A stretch of 64,000 nucleotides of DNA, taken from Myxococcota bacterium (lineage in GTDB: Bacteria > Myxococcota_A > UBA9160 > UBA4427). Below, in pieces: positions 63,473 to 64,000 of this stretch. The position numbers and the translations under genes were made by a program. The DNA lies in assembly GCA_965250285.1 (NCBI GenBank), contig OZ252299.1, forward strand, positions 1,888,001 to 1,952,000. Direction: 5' to 3'. Positions within the stretch are counted from its first letter, which is position 1. Each line of letters begins with the position of its first letter. Below the pieces are notes generated by a model that was given only the letters and a program-made list of their open reading frames with translations, did not search any database and was not told the origin of the DNA.

Positions 63473-64000
63473 ATGCGCATCGCTCTCCTCACGTATCGCG
63501 GCAACATGTTCTGCGGTGGCCAGGGCATCTATGCCTCATACCTGGCCCGAGAATGGAAGAAGGCCGGGCACGACGTGCACGTCTTCGCGGGCCCGCCGCT
63601 CCCCGACGTGGGCGACGACATCCCGGTGCACGTGATCCCGAACGACAACGTGTTCGGCTTCGACCACCCCGAGTTCTTCGACCCGCAGCGCCCCTTCTCC
63701 CTGCTCAAGCCGCTCAGCCTCTGGGAGCTCGGCGTCTCGCGCTTCGGCGTGTTCCCCGAGATGCAGACGTTCGGCTATCGGCTGATGCGGCGCTGGCCGG
63801 AGTTCCAGCGCAGGTACAAATTCGATGTCGTGTTCGACAATCAGTGTCTGTCGTGGGGCCTGCTCGGCATCCAGAAGATGGGCGTGCCCGTCACCAGCGT
63901 GATCCACCACCCGCTGCATATCGACCGCGAGGCCGACTACTCGATCGATCCCAGGCTCATCAAGAAGATCAAGCGCACGCTCTACTTCCCGCTCTTCATG
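63473..64000 (+). CDS. Glycosyltransferase family 4 (GT-B), N-terminal part (runs off the window)
   Basis: Not in the ORF track. Manual translation gives MRIALLTYRGNMFCGGQGIY..YLAREW.KAGHDVHV.AGPP.P...GVFPE...F...FDVV.DNQ.L.WG...IHHP. Confidence 0.85.
   Translation, partial: MRIALLTYRGNMFCGGQGIYASYLAREWKKAGHDVHVFAGPPLPDVGDDIPVHVIPNDNVFGFDHPEFFDPQRPFSLLKPLSLWELGVSRFGVFPEMQTFGYRLMRRWPEFQRRYKFDVVFDNQCLSWGLLGIQKMGVPVTSVIHHPLHIDREADYSIDPRLIKKIKRTLYFPLFM

Overview
High-GC bacterial chromosomal window with a deltaproteobacterial/Myxococcota-type gene order (taxon is inferred). It holds about 58 CDS and one tRNA-Gly(CCC). I found no transposase, integrase or CRISPR array. Left third: mixed housekeeping and accessory genes (partial queG, exosortase, sulfotransferase, greB, Ser/Thr kinase with cNMP domain, POT transporter, sirtuin, hisD and others). 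Middle: a type IVa pilus locus on the minus strand (pilB-T-C-S-R, then xre-pilMNOPQ, a TPR protein, a roadblock protein, aroQ, an SgmX-like TPR protein and an ExeA-like ATPase). Between pilR and pilM, where pilA/pilD usually sit, there is instead an inverted sigma54-activator homologue with degenerate catalytic motifs. Upstream lies rsmD-coaD-pgm-coaBC-nfeD-slipin-hflK-hflC-ribF-flippase. Right end: a cell-wall turnover cluster (slt, dacB, spmAB-amgK-murU-MBL hydrolase, anmK). Best leads: (1) a peptidoglycan-recycling operon in which a fused SpmA/SpmB Gate-domain protein may be the importer and an MBL-fold hydrolase may replace MupP; (2) a recurrent sigma28/FliA-like promoter (TCAAG/TAAAG-N14-15-GCCGATA) in front of several pilus transcription units; (3) the pseudo-ATPase enhancer-binding protein; (4) many apparently leaderless genes. 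All family calls come from motif recognition by eye, with no database searches.
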